A DNA stretch of 64,000 bases, from assembly GCA_000182565.2 (NCBI GenBank), contig KQ257450.1; one strand, given 5' to 3'. Shown piece by piece: positions 40,648 through 53,533 of this stretch. Positions within the stretch are counted from its first letter, which is position 1. Each line of letters opens with the position of its first letter. The stretch comes from Spizellomyces punctatus DAOM BR117. Lineage: Eukaryota. A program made the translations under genes and the position numbers. A model generated the notes under the pieces. That model searched no databases and had not been told where the DNA came from. It saw only the letters and a program-made list of their open reading frames with translations.

Positions 40648-43279
40648 TTATTTGGTCCGACTTTTTTTCAAAGAGGAATCTTCTCCCTGTCTCGTGTCTT
40701 CACCATTTAGATTCTCAGTCGCGCTTCTTATTCGACCACCCTGTTGACCTTTTCTTTTGGGGCCGTTTTTCCACTCGAAGAAATCACAACGATATTCGCC
40801 CACCAGACGCCTGCTCTTGGGGACAATTACCGATTTTCCTTCGAAATTGAGTAGACCAATGTCCGACGGTCCAACGGGTCTGGCGCACAGATAAAACATT
40901 CGTCCCTGATTCGGACCAGTTTTATTTACTACCCATTCCTTGGCCGGCTCGTCATGCCAGCACTTGGGTATTACTTTGGGGCGCATGAGAGAGCGCCATT
41001 GTGATGCAGCGTTTGGGGTCGACCATGTGCCAGCACTGGACGTGGAGTCTCCCTGATCAAGGTCCGTGGATGAATTTGGAGATGCCGACATAGTGCCTAG
41101 AGTGGTAGGTTGAGAAAGCCTTCCAGTCGTAGGGACGTCCAAGTCGACACCAGGATCTGAGGAGCAGGCGAGTGGGTTCTCGAAAAGTGGTTGTGCATCT
41201 TCCAAGGATGGAGGTGTCTCCAGAGAGGTCGATGGAAGATCTTGAGTGGCGTCGCACATAGGTTCGCCCACGATGGGTTTCGCCGTACCGGCGGTCGTCG
41301 TTTTTGGCAATAGAAAGGAGCTTATTGATGACTGTCCCTGACTTGGGGGTACCTTGACCCCGACTTTGATGGCCTTCTGTTTTGATTTTTGACCCTTTCT
41401 GGTTGGGGCCCGTAATTTTGAGGGTCCACTTCTGGCAGGGAGGGTTGATTGCGACGGTTGTGCATGCACTGCGGGCGGTGCAGCTACCGAAATCGTTGAT
41501 GGTTGTGCGCACGACTCGGAAGGCGGAGTCGTTATCTCCAAAGTGCCCCCCTTCCCGTTCGTTGCAATGATTGTCTCTTTTCTTTCTTCCTGTGTAATTC
41601 CGCCCGACCTTGTCTCTCCCAACTCGGTAGTCGACCCTCCGGAAAGGCTAGTAGACTTTTTATTGAAAAAGCTGCTCAGCTTCTGTTGCTTCCCGGTAAA
41701 CTCATCCCAGAATTTTGCGCACAGTCGAGGAGGATCTCTTTTATCGCCAGGCTTCCAATCGGGTGGTGCCATCACGTTCTTTAAGCAATCTCCGTTGACT
41801 GGGTTGGTGTCGTGGAACGTGACTGCAACAGGACAGTGATCGCTTCCCATAATATCTGCTTCTACTGTGGCATCTGCCATCCATGGAATTAGTCCTTCAG
41901 TTGCAAGTACATAATCTATGCGGGTGCCTGCAAGAGTTGTCAGTTCAAGGTCAGAACCAAGAGCGACAATAAAACGTTACCATAATTAACTGGTCTAAGG
42001 GAGAGATCAGCTTAGTCTTTTATATACGAGATACAATGTGCTCATTGGTAGAAGGATACCCACCGCGCATTCAGCAGCGTATTCCAGCATGTAAAAGCTT
42101 TCTCCTGTGTTGGATGGAAATACCGAAACATGTCATACATCGGTCCGCGTGGCTGTACCAATTCATGAATCCATCTCCGGGTGGGTGTTTCATGGAAGCA
42201 TGATATCCCTAGATCTCTCATGCTCTTCCTTGGGTCACAGTGATCAATCTCTTGATGAGTTGTGTTCACCTATATCAAAACCTATTAACTACAGTGAGAT
42301 GAAGCCTCACGCTTGGGTGCTATACTTACATCTCCGACAATAACGACTTGTCTACCTCCGGCAATCAAAGCCTCGATCCTTAGCCGTATAGCATGATAGA
42401 ATCTGCACTATGTCAAAATTCCCCTGTCAATATCTGACAGCTGCCAGCAAAATACACAGTACTATACAGACTTGAATCGGAAGGCCTGTCTCTCCTCTGA
42501 CGGGTCATCCACTGGAAAGTAAATCTAGAATGACCCCGGTAAGTTATTACAGCGAGGAAATAGTTACCGTAAGATCCATACCATTCTGACGTACGTTGAT
42601 TAATACAAATAGGCGATGATCCGTAATAACTACTCTCCCTTCGCTATCTAACTCAAGCAGCTCGGCAGGCGAAAATTCGTGCCACAGTTGACCATAACAT
42701 CCTATTTTGGACTCGATGCCGGACGATTTTGAAAGAAGTCCGCTAAATCCCTCCTCGGCCTCGATTGGGGTATAATCAGTCCTCACATAAGTGGTTACTC
42801 CCGAGTATCCATGCCTTCTCTGTATAGTTCAATGTCAGATACAAGAGCCATGAGTAAAATTGCCGCTGATCGCCACTTGCCTTTGGATACGAAAAGAAGG
42901 CATCGTACCCAGGTACGAGGGCAAGGTCTGAATCAGTGCTGCTTCGAGTGATCTTCATTTCCTGAAGACATATTATGTCTTTGCCAAACTCAACGTCAAC
43001 CGGCTGTCCAATGAATCTCGATTGACAAAACATACCTGCGTTTAACGCCTCTATAATCGTCTGATAGTTCTTGTGCTCACACCATGGGTGATATTGCTAT
43101 TGGTAAAAGCATCTCAGGTGGAGGCGTAGACCCAAATAGCACGGTTTCCCGGTACTGAGAGAAATGCACACATACCCGTAGCGTGCGAACCGACTGGAGA
43201 ACATGAAAGTAAACATTTGAGCTAAGCTGCATTGATAAAGGTAGCTACTCACGTTCACATTCCAAGAAAGTATGCGCAT
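40648..43279 (-). CDS. APN2: AP endonuclease 2 (ExoIII family) with C-terminal zf-GRF
   Basis: MRILSWNVN, DIICLQEMK, GYSGVTTY, LDSEGRVVITDH, FTCWNT..NARPVNYGTRIDY, GSDHCPV, PIP-like QQKLSSFF, C.HDEP....V.K.GPN.GR.FY.C.RP...C.FF.W. Confidence 0.95.
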
Positions 43280-43461
43280 CGCAATGCCATCAGGGTGCTG
43301 CACTGCACACCAAAGGTGATGAGATTGCTCAAGATCAAAAGGCCGAGCAGAAAGTGTTCAATACAGTGATGGTGGCACAGTCATGGAAAGTCCTCATTAT
43401 GTCATGAAAAGACGATCCCACACATTTGTAAACGCTGCCATACTGCCCCTCATCCCCACAC

Positions 43462-43959
43462 ATGAACTTTATATACGATCTCACTCGTCGCCTCTTCAAC
43501 ACCCCGGGACCCGAAGAAATGTCAGCATCCAAGGAACTTGTCGAGAAAGCCATCAAGGAAAACAAAGTTGTGGTAAGTTTAATGCGTTGGCAAGTTGCTG
43601 GGGCAATCCGTGGTTTGACGTGCTCTTCTGCAGGTATTCTCCAAGAGCTACTGTCCGTACTGCAAAAAGGCCAAGAATTTGCTGGATTCACTCGGCGTCA
43701 AGTATGAGCTTTTTGAGCTAGACGAAAGGCCGGACGGTCAGGCAATTCAGGAATATTTGAAAGAAAAAACTGGACAGCGTACTGTTCCGAACATTTTTAT
43801 CAAGGGTCAACATATCGGTAAGTCGAGAGTATGGAAAGCGGTTGATATCAATCCCTCCCTAACGGACTGATTCTTTGTTGGTTTTGCGTCACAGGCGGAT
43901 GCGATGACCTTCACGCAGCGCACGATAGTGGTAAATTACAGAAGTTGCTTGATCAGTGA
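43462..43959 (+). CDS. Dithiol glutaredoxin (CPYC)
   Basis: VV|VFSKSYCPYCKKAK, TGQRTVPNIFIKGQHIG|GCDDL. Confidence 0.93.
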
Positions 43960-44244
43960 GAATAGACCATCTACATATTGCACATTATATGTCCTTATGC
44001 ACGAAAATCATGATGTTGTAATAGATATTGCTGTTTCTTTGCAATGATAGCTGCATGATAAGGGGCTCCAGCACCAGATCTGTAAATGCGTGCAATTGAA
44101 TCGCGTCTGGCAGCAAGATCTTCAATTAGTTGCCGTGCAGGACATTCCCCAAGTTTGTTTGTGTATTGTGTCCGTCAAGGAGGCTGCTCATGTAAACTCT
44201 TGTCGGGAACTGTTCTCCATAACGTATTCAACCTCCAATGGCTC

Positions 44245-46507
44245 ATGGAGTCGACAGCAGTGCAAAGCCCGCTCGGCTCACCCACTGAAGACATCCAGTT
44301 ACCTATGGCAATAGCATCGAATAACCGGCAACTTACTCGACAGCAATGGCGGAGACTAAGGAAATACCAACGTCGCAAAGAAATTCGCCGTTCGGATGCC
44401 AGAGCGAGAGATGCTCGAAAGGAACAAGGTTGCGGTCACAGTCTGTCTATGACGGCGGCGCCAGCCGCCAGCATCTTCTAATACTTGTTTATTTTCAGAA
44501 GCAACTGATCCAGTGCTTATTGCTAAAAGACTACAAGAGGAGAAGTTATTGGAGGAAGAAAGGTATGTTGTCAAGCGCGGGATTCCAACGGCTCGAAACC
44601 TTCGACGTCATGAGGAATGTACTTGCAAAGACCGTATCCGCCCCTGATATGCTTTTACCTGTCTTCGACAATGCTTCATTATATGGCCGTTCATTCGCAT
44701 TTATCCTTAACTTCCTCTTGATCGGCGTTCTCTCATCAGACAAGAACAGAGAAGACGCTATGAAGCGCGAGAGCAACAGTTTGAGCTTGCCGCAGCTCAT
44801 CGACGCCGTTTGGAAGAAGAGAAGGCGAAGAAAGCGCAACAGGAAACGAGCATGGTCGGCAAATATTTGCGCTCTTCAAACTGTGATATCCATTACTCAT
44901 GTTGATGAGTTCTTAGAAAACCTTGGACCCATCACTGGGGATGTTGACACAAGCTGTACCAGGAGATTTGCCCGCTTCGGCAGCCATCGTATGTAATGCC
45001 AGGGCAAATCAATCCATCCTGTCAGATCGTCAAACGACCATTCTTTCGGTATGTATCACTCTAAATGCTAGCCATGTTTTATGACTTCCTGTAGTTTACT
45101 TACCGCCATTTTAGCCATTAGAGGCAGGCCGGTTAGCTGCAGCAAAGTTTCTGGAATCTTTGAAGTCAAAGTCTGCCTTGAGCAAGAATGGCATTTCACC
45201 AACCGCTGAGGAATCCGAAGAGCATAATACCAGAACCATAACCGCGCGATTGGATGAGGAGCCTACCAAGGCGCCTCCAACTCCGCAATTGCATTCTCTT
45301 GCTGCAGAACTGAAGGAAAAGGTACTGTAATTTCGTCAGATTCCCGGCTTGGCCAGTCCTAAGATGACTTAAAGTCGGGTATCTGCAAACAGGCGTTACT
45401 TGTATGTGCGTACCATCAGAAAACTGGTTCTTGTCGCTTCGCGGAGTTTTGTAAACTACGCCATCCGGAACCAACAATAAAGAACACCCTGGTTATGAAG
45501 AATATGTTTCAATTTCCTGGAAAACAGACGGCAGGAGATGAGGTTGGTGCAATGTGTGGATGTGATGTCCTGCGCAAATGTTGACCGAAGCTATCATCCT
45601 GGGCGATAGTACACAGATGAAGACGAGTATTTCAGTGCCTTTTACGAGGATGTGCATGGGGAGTTTGCTAAGATCGGTCGTCTCACTTGCTTCATGGTAA
45701 GGAAGAACATTATACTTCCAATAGTGCGATTTCGTCAAAGAATCTTAAGGCGGAATTAATAGGTCTGCCGTAACGAGGCGGTGCATCTAAGAGGCAATGT
45801 CTACGTCCAGTATGCAAAAGAGGAAGATGCTATATGTGCACATAAAATCATGGACAGACGATGGTTTGGAGGACGGCAACTGTCGTGCGAATTTGTCCCT
45901 ATCATTGAATGGAACCATGCGATTTGTGGTAATGTCCGTGTCGGTAAACAATCACCTTCGAGTTGCACAATTTATCTTACATTCTAGGTCATTATGAGCG
46001 AGGTCGATGTACCAACCCGAACTGCAACTTTTTTCATGCTTTCCAAAATCCAGGCGGCATGTATCGTATTTGTAATTTTGGCAACACTGGCGGTGGTAGC
46101 ATGGGAGTGGCGAAAGTAAAGCATAATGAACATGGGGCGCAAGGGAAAAGTGATTCGCGATCCTGTGAGGTCAAGGACCCTAGCAGGGAGAATCAAGGTG
46201 ATAAGCCACCTGGTCAAAGTGTCAATCAGTCGGATACAACGAAAGAAGTCAAAGAAACGCACAAAAATGTAACAAACCCTCACATTGTGTCATCGGTATG
46301 CTCATCTTGGACCATATGTCGGCGGAAGCACAGTCTCACCCTCCCAATTGAACGTAGGAAATAAAACGAAGAACGGAAAGGGATGAGAAGTCGGTGAGGA
46401 AGCGTGGTGACAATGAGCGGCACAAAACGGCAACCCGTAAACGGCCGCGAAGCCGGTCAAGAAGTCGTTCTGCGTCACGGCGTAGAAGTCATCGGCGCAA
46501 ACGATGA
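44245..46507 (+). CDS. ZRSR2: U2AF35-related protein ZRSR2/Urp (minor-spliceosome factor)
   Basis: Charged N-terminal coiled coil, CCCH finger CAYHQKTGSCRFAEFC..RH, UHM FYEDVHGEF...VCRN..HLRGNVYVQY...RWFGGRQL.CEF, second CCCH finger, RS tail. Confidence 0.88.
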
Positions 46508-46779
46508 CAGGGTGACAGAAGGAAAACAGTCAACACGGAACTGATTGTCCTTTGGAATAGTTTATAGCCACATACGGGCGATATAGACTAACTTAATTGA
46601 GTGTCTGAAGTAATAACTACGCCATGCGGTGCTTGCTCTCATGGGCCAAGCAGCAGCCAATGGGTCTCTTGGCTCTCTGAACAACCATTCCAATATGTTT
46701 ATGTTTACTTGTTTTGCAAAGAGATACAGCCAGACACTGCAAAATAAATAATTACAATTAAAAGGCAGGGAAATGGAAT

Positions 46780-47692
46780 TTATGTACGAACAAAGAATGC
46801 AGGCGCCCCGTTTGTTCTTCGCGCTGACGAGAAATTTGTTGGACCTATTAGAAACAATAGCGTCAGAGGCAAGCTGTTCAAAAACGGTGCGATGCAAACG
46901 GAGTAAGACTGACCATCTGCCCTCTTGATTCTGTCACCAAACAGTTGCCGGTTTCGAAACTCCAACACTTTCATATCCGCTGCAGAAGGCTTTGATATCG
47001 CATTCCTAGCCACCACCCTGAAGCCGTTCACAATATATTCCCCAGAAGCCGCAGATTTCTTTCTTCGTCGCTTCTGTGGCTTCTCATCATCGGAATTATC
47101 ATCAATCAATCGTGTGTGTTTGCCTGCTTTTGGTGATTCTTCCTCCCCTTGATCTTCTCTTTCGTCAAGCTCCTCGGCTGCTTGTAGTAGTTCGTCGGGC
47201 AATCTGGTGAGGCCGTCAGCAAGACGGGACTTTTTTTCGGCATGTTGCGCGGCTAAGCGGGAAGTATGGGCACGGCGCTTTGCCTTTTCTTCCGCTTTCT
47301 GTCTGTGGGGACGTTAATGGTCAGAGCACAGAAAAGTGCTTAAATGGGCCAAAAACATACTTCTTCTCCAATTCCCGAGCAACCTGGGCCGCGGACAACG
47401 CATCCTCTTTGGCAGCTTTGATGGAAACAGCTTCCGGTGCTTCCTCAACTTCTTCCTCGTCGTCCTCTGATGAATACACAATTTCGTCCGAGTCGTAGTC
47501 TGGGTCCTCTTCGTTCACTGGCGTAGAGCTTTCGCTTTGAATGATTCCCTCGTCGGTTTCTGGTTCAGGTGAAGAGCGTTCTTCTGATTGCTCTTCAAAA
47601 GACGTACGCTCAGTATCCTTGACGAGACTTTCTTGTTGAGCATCTTCTTTCTGTGCTTTCCCTTTTAAAGTTGATGCCTTGCGTCGTCCCAT
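46780..47692 (-). CDS. Small acidic/basic nucleolar protein, NOL7/Utp16(Bud21)-like
   Basis: Acidic tract, then EEAPEAVS, a coiled coil, RLPDELL, and a basic C-terminus FRNRQLFGDRIKR. Confidence 0.55.
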
Positions 47693-47879
47693 TATTAGTT
47701 CGGTTATTGCACTGCAGACTTACATTTACAGAGGCTGCTTATACCATGGCCAAAAAGAAGTAAAGTCACGTGGATATGCTTACGTAGTCATACTCACCGA
47801 CTTGAAGTTATCCAGGTTGTCCGATGAGAGCAATCTCCAAATACACAGGATCTATTGATTGAGCGCAAGGAATACTATC

Positions 47880-50800
47880 ATGCAGGTTCTCCGGAGAGCT
47901 GAACCTCGTGATGTTCCGGGGATTGTTCGCCTGGTGAAAAGAGAGAGCAACGGTGGCAAAGATGACCTTGAAAAGACTTTGAAACGACGCTTTGGCGAAG
48001 ATTTTGATATCGCTGAGCTAATGTTCGTCGCTGAAATACTGGCTTATATTGGTTTCGAAGGTACTTACTCTATGCTCCCAGTGATACCTGTCCCTTCAGC
48101 ATAGTCGGCACCGATGCAGAAGATACGCAGATCTATGGTTTCTTGGCACTTTGCAATGGCCCACCAGCATTCATGGACAAATCTGGCCAGTTTAAGGGGG
48201 ATAGTGAGGCCGCAGAGACTGCTAGAGGAGATTGGCCGAAATGGCTGAGGAGGTGGTATGACAGTCCTGATGTACAGGTTAGCATATTAGATCGAAGGAA
48301 TGGGCGAATGTCCTTCTTCTTTGCTGATACTGTGTTCGGAGCAAGGTTCACAATACCAAGTTTCTGGCTTTTTTTGTGGCCGATCCTGATCATTCCCTCC
48401 CATTCCTCGACGAGGCGCTCACAACGGCGTTCACACTTCTCCCGAATCTCTCCTACATCAGCTATCTTCTTCCCGAACAGTTGGTTCTCTTTCCCCCTCT
48501 CTCTTCGGCTCGATACCTCCCTTCCACCTCAGAAGAAGCCAAGCACAAGAAATCGTCCCGTCGTCGTCTTGTTCGGGGTCGTGGAAAGAAAGGACCTGCA
48601 AAGTACTTTGTGGAAGCACCCTCCTTGACTAACAGCGCGACGTTTGCCTTGTGGATTTGCGCGAGGAAGGATGTGCTACCCATATTGAAAGTGAGAAATG
48701 CGAGGGTAGAGGATGCCGATGATCTTGTGCCAATGTTCAGAAAACAAAAGGTATAAATCAAATCCTGCGGCGCTTTCATCTCGCGCTAGATCTCTATCAA
48801 TTTGACAATCATCATCCTTTTCACAGATCATTAAAGAAAAGGACGCAGACTTTTACATTGCGAATCTCTTGGAGTCAAAGACGGGTCACACACGCACGTT
48901 GGTAGCAGAGGTAAAATAATTGAGGTATTCTGCACAAGTAGTACGAGCACTCATTTTTCTTCTATTGTCCTGTTCAGGCAGATGGCGAGGTAGTGGGGTT
49001 CATGAGCTTCGATCGAAACATTCAGCAACAAGCACTCGTGGACACTTTTCACTTGGAAGCCTTTGATTATCTGCTCAAAGGTAAGCTGCTAGTTCTGATA
49101 GTTAGTAGCTCCTCCCGTAGTTAATACTCCATGTGCACACACAGAGGTACCAGAACGCAAAAAATCTAAAGCTACCACACCAGCTTCAAATAAGCCAGGC
49201 TCAGCTAGCTTATCGCTTGGTCCTGCGTCACGACCGCTGTCCGGGGTAACAAGTGGGCTGGAATCCCCAGCCATGACACGGCCTGGGACCCAGGAACAAG
49301 AAGGATACATCAATTCACTTGGGACAGCCCCCATAACCCCACGCTCTGATTCTTTTGTACGTCCAATGTCCCCATTCTTGCCCTCATCCCCAACCAAGCC
49401 TAGCTCTCCTCCGTCACCGTCAAAGCCGCAAACCCCCATTACCCAAACACCGAACGCCTTTTGTATCTCGCTGTTCTCAATGGATGATGCTTATGCCAAG
49501 CAGTCCATTGAGTTTGTTAAGACGGCGTTCACGCATTTGTTCCCCGATTTGGATTACTGCGTCGTAACGGTTCCCACTACAGCACCCGAGATGCCACTTT
49601 TGAAAGATTTCGCTAGCGTTCCTGCAAAGGCAGGAATGACAAGTTTGTAAGTTTCAATGCGGAATTGTGCGTTGATTTTATTCACACTAGATTAACCCAC
49701 CGCCATTGTAGGCATTGTTTGTATCTGATCAACCGCTTTGGTATTACGGAGCCCGTATCTGTTCAACGCGCAGCAGCTGAAGACCGTATCGAGGTTGATG
49801 CGTTTTTGGAAGACGTGTCAAGCAAAGAGAATATTCTCTCGGTATTTGACACATCTATTCAACCCGGCACGCCAACCATTGCCCGTAAGTGCATCGGGCA
49901 AGTGCTTAAAGGATCTGCATCTAACATTCAACGTATTTCAACATATGTAGCAAAGCACCACTCATTTACAATACGTTATTCGGAGCAACTCATTGGACTA
50001 GTTATACTTGAAAGTCTGCATGATGTCAAGCCCTATACCGACCAGTTTGCCATCCATGATTTCATTCATCCACGGTTTTTGCGAGCTGATGCGCCGATCG
50101 TTTTGAGGCATTTTCTTGTCAATCCGCTATTTGAGCATCAAGCTCGGTGGGTTTTTGAAGTATGTGATTTGCTTATGTACAATACCTTAGCTGGTAGGCT
50201 TGAGCGAGAGTATTTAATTTTGGCCCACATTTTTGTAGGAGCTATTTCGAATCACCGGCAGCAAGTGCTTTATCTACCCAGTGCTTGGGTCCAGTGATTC
50301 TGCTACCAAAAAGATTGCCGTGAGGGAACTTGCCCCAGTCAGACGCAGGAGAGAGTAAGTTCTCTGTCATGCAGTCGTCTCTCCGTACCCAGTATGTAAT
50401 AGTTCCCGTATTTCAATGAAAAGGATCCAGTTTCCAGGCAATCTTCGCGATGGCAAACCTGTTCCACCGCCTTTCCGCTGCAGCCTTCAGCTCATTACGA
50501 CAGCCCTATTGCATGAGCCCAAGATCATGGTCAATACGCGGATTGTCGTTATAGGAGGCTCAGATACTGGTATTGCCTTCATAGAGAATCTGGTTTACGT
50601 AGGTCTTGTGTTATTAGGCTGCATTTTAGAAGCACTCACTCATGCGGTTTTGCTAGAACCCGCACTTGTGGTTCACAAACCTGACACTCGTCAGCATGGA
50701 TGGTGCTCCGATCCCTGACGAAAAGGATGGGGATGTGTTTGTCAGCCATCGTTGCTACAGTCCCACTGAGTAAGTTAGTTCTGATCATCTTTTATTATGT

Positions 50801-52974
50801 CTGCATTCGGATATCGTATTTACTTTTTGAAAAGACTGGATCAATTAGGTTTACCGCATTATGTCAAAATCATTCGCGGATCAACCGACGAGATAGATAG
50901 ACTAATGAAGCGGGTGCATTTGACCAATGGGTCTTTTGTAAAGTATGTTTGTCCACACAGCTCTTCTGCTGGCTCACCGCGAGGACTTAATGTCCGTTTT
51001 AATCTCCGAAAAATAGTTACGACTATCTCATTCTTACACCCGGTCTCCAGTTTTCTGTTGCAACACTGAATGAAGAGTTGGCGGATACTACTGGAGTCTA
51101 TGCGTTGAACCGGGAAAACGCATTGGAGGTGAATGATGCGATAGATCACGCGCTGATGGACTCGAGTGCCTCCAAGATTGTTGTGTAAGTATCATAGTAT
51201 ACAGCATTTTTCTTTGTGATGATATGCGCAAAAGAATAAACTTTCGTATAGCTATGGACGGCATATACAGGCGTACTCGGGAGTGCAGTGTAAGTCTTCG
51301 TCTTTACACAATAGCTCTGTCGCAAATCCTTGTCCATTGCCTTCTCATCCGCATATTCAGTGCTTTTGAGCAAAGGAGTATCACCTTCGCGAATCGTTCT
51401 GGTCGTCCCGCCGTTACGGGTACCAGCAAGTTGCTTCAACAACGGGACCGTGGATGAAAAGGTAACAGTTTAAATACTTATCATGCACGCGATGCTGACG
51501 TTCCGGTTTGCAGATACATGCAGTGTTGGACAACCTTGGGGTGACGGTTTACCGGGGATGGTCACTTCTCAAATGGGAAGAGGAGCGTGATGCGCTGTCG
51601 GCAGTGCATCTAAAGGCAAGTGTTTGGACGATTGCGTTCATATTTTTGACAACAAGTTCCAATGCGTATCCTCTGCCAAACAGTCCAAAAGCGATGACAT
51701 GCAAACTCTGATTTGCGACACTTCACTCTTCCTCTACGCGGATGAGCGATCTGTTGTTCCTGATACTTTCAAGTCAATCAACGATAGCTGCTTGGTGTTT
51801 GATGGGCGACTGGTCATTGACAAATACTATCGGACGCAAGATCCGTTTGTGTAAGGATTGTATGCTGGACGCCACATTCATATTCACAACTCACATTGTT
51901 AATTGCGTCTTGATGAAGGTATGCTGCGGGCAGCATCACCAAGTATTCGAGTCGGTACCAAACAAAGTGGGCGCATGAATACTCTGACTCGAGAGAGGTT
52001 GGCCGAAAGGTGAGCTCATGTGCTTTTGATACCTATGCAAAAGAGCTGCGCAAGGTAGAAAACTGATCGACTTGCAATGGCTGTACAGCTGGCGGACTTG
52101 CTTCTGCCGCTGTTTGATCCAACTTGTCTGCCAAATATCCTTGTGGAAAATGACGAGATACTTCAGTTCGAGGATGCCAAAAAGACTTTGACGCTACTAC
52201 CTGGTCAGTCCCCTCCCATCAAAGGCTCTGTTCGTGTCGATTTCTTCTTATTAATCACTAAAACTTTATAGGAGACCTTTTTTACTTTCATTTCGATTGC
52301 CCGCGGCTTCCAAGTCATACACTCGAGTATCGCAAGCAACAAGGAGCTTATGTAAGTGATATGTGGATGCAAATAGACCTGCAGCATCGTTGACAATTTC
52401 TTTGCATCCAGGGCCGAGATCTTGTCCTTGACACCTTGGATGTTGCAAGCTGCAAAGGCAGCTATTTCCGCATTCACGTGGATCCGATGGGATATATCCG
52501 GTCGCTAACATATCTTGGGCAACAGACAATTCCAATTGATAACATTGTCACATTGTATGGAATGCATGAAAAGTACTTTAAGCGACTCGTGGCAAGATTT
52601 GACGAAGGCATTATCACGGACTTTGCAAGGTGAGCTGGACTGCATACTACCATACGTCAACATACCATCCATCTTACTTAACCATGTATAGCTATCTGAA
52701 TGAGCCATGGGCGCTGCCGTTATACTATGACCAATTTCCTGAATGTTTGCGAGAAATCCGGCAAGAGCTTTTAAACCTCCGATATAAAGAAGGTGATGAG
52801 ATTGGAGAAGTGGTGGAGACATTGGCAGAACATGCGGAAGCCAGAACAGATGTACCGGACGAAGAGCGCAAGAATCTATACAAGGCATTTGATAATGCAC
52901 CTGGACGCAAATCCTTTGATGATCGGATATTCAAGTACTTGTTGGAGACCCAAATCTATAATTCGTATCCGTAA
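47880..52974 (+). CDS. CFAP61: Cilia- and flagella-associated protein 61 (calmodulin/spoke-associated complex), many exons
   Basis: LKVRNARVEDADDLVPMF, NAFCISLFSMD, LFPDLDYCVVTVP, HEPKIMVNTRIVVIGGSDTGIAF, INDSCLVFDGRLVID..YRTQDPF|YAAG, SYLNEPWALPLYYDQF. Confidence 0.9.
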
Positions 52975-53533
52975 AATGAAGGTGTGAATTGATATAAAAA
53001 AAAAATAATAAGTACCGAAAACTGTAAATAACTCTTGGTGCATCAATGTTCATATGAACCGTAAAGCACACTGGTTGGGGTTGTCAACTTGTAACTCGCA
53101 TGACTCGATCTCCGTCGCTTACCACTCCTACCACTATTAACCAGTGGGAATCCACACTGCAACTGAGATTGCAACCAGCAATTTAACGTGACTGAGAAAA
53201 TATAACCAGTGACTGTGCGCATTCAATTGCATAAATTCCAGTGCAACCAGTCTCTTGGGTTGAACCATTGGTTAACCGTGTTGGAGTGGAAAGTAAAGTT
53301 TGAATGAGTCATCATGAACAAGGTTTTGCAGCTTGTTTTGAAGAGCGGCGCTTTACAGATTGTACAGTTGTAGTTCCGATGATCGTGAACAGCGGCTGTG
53401 TCGGCCAAGAAGAAAGGAGGAATTCTTGCTTTAGAGAAGATTCAAGCAAAGCACATTGCAAAAGTGCTACACATAAAAAGAACTGCCGTCCAGCACTGCT
53501 TCTGTCGTCTGCTAGCGTCCTACGCTTTCTAAA

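Noticed and set aside
44346-44996. 216-aa ORF crossing ZRSR2 introns
   Set aside because: Off-frame read-through of ZRSR2 exons and introns; the spliced frame explains the region.
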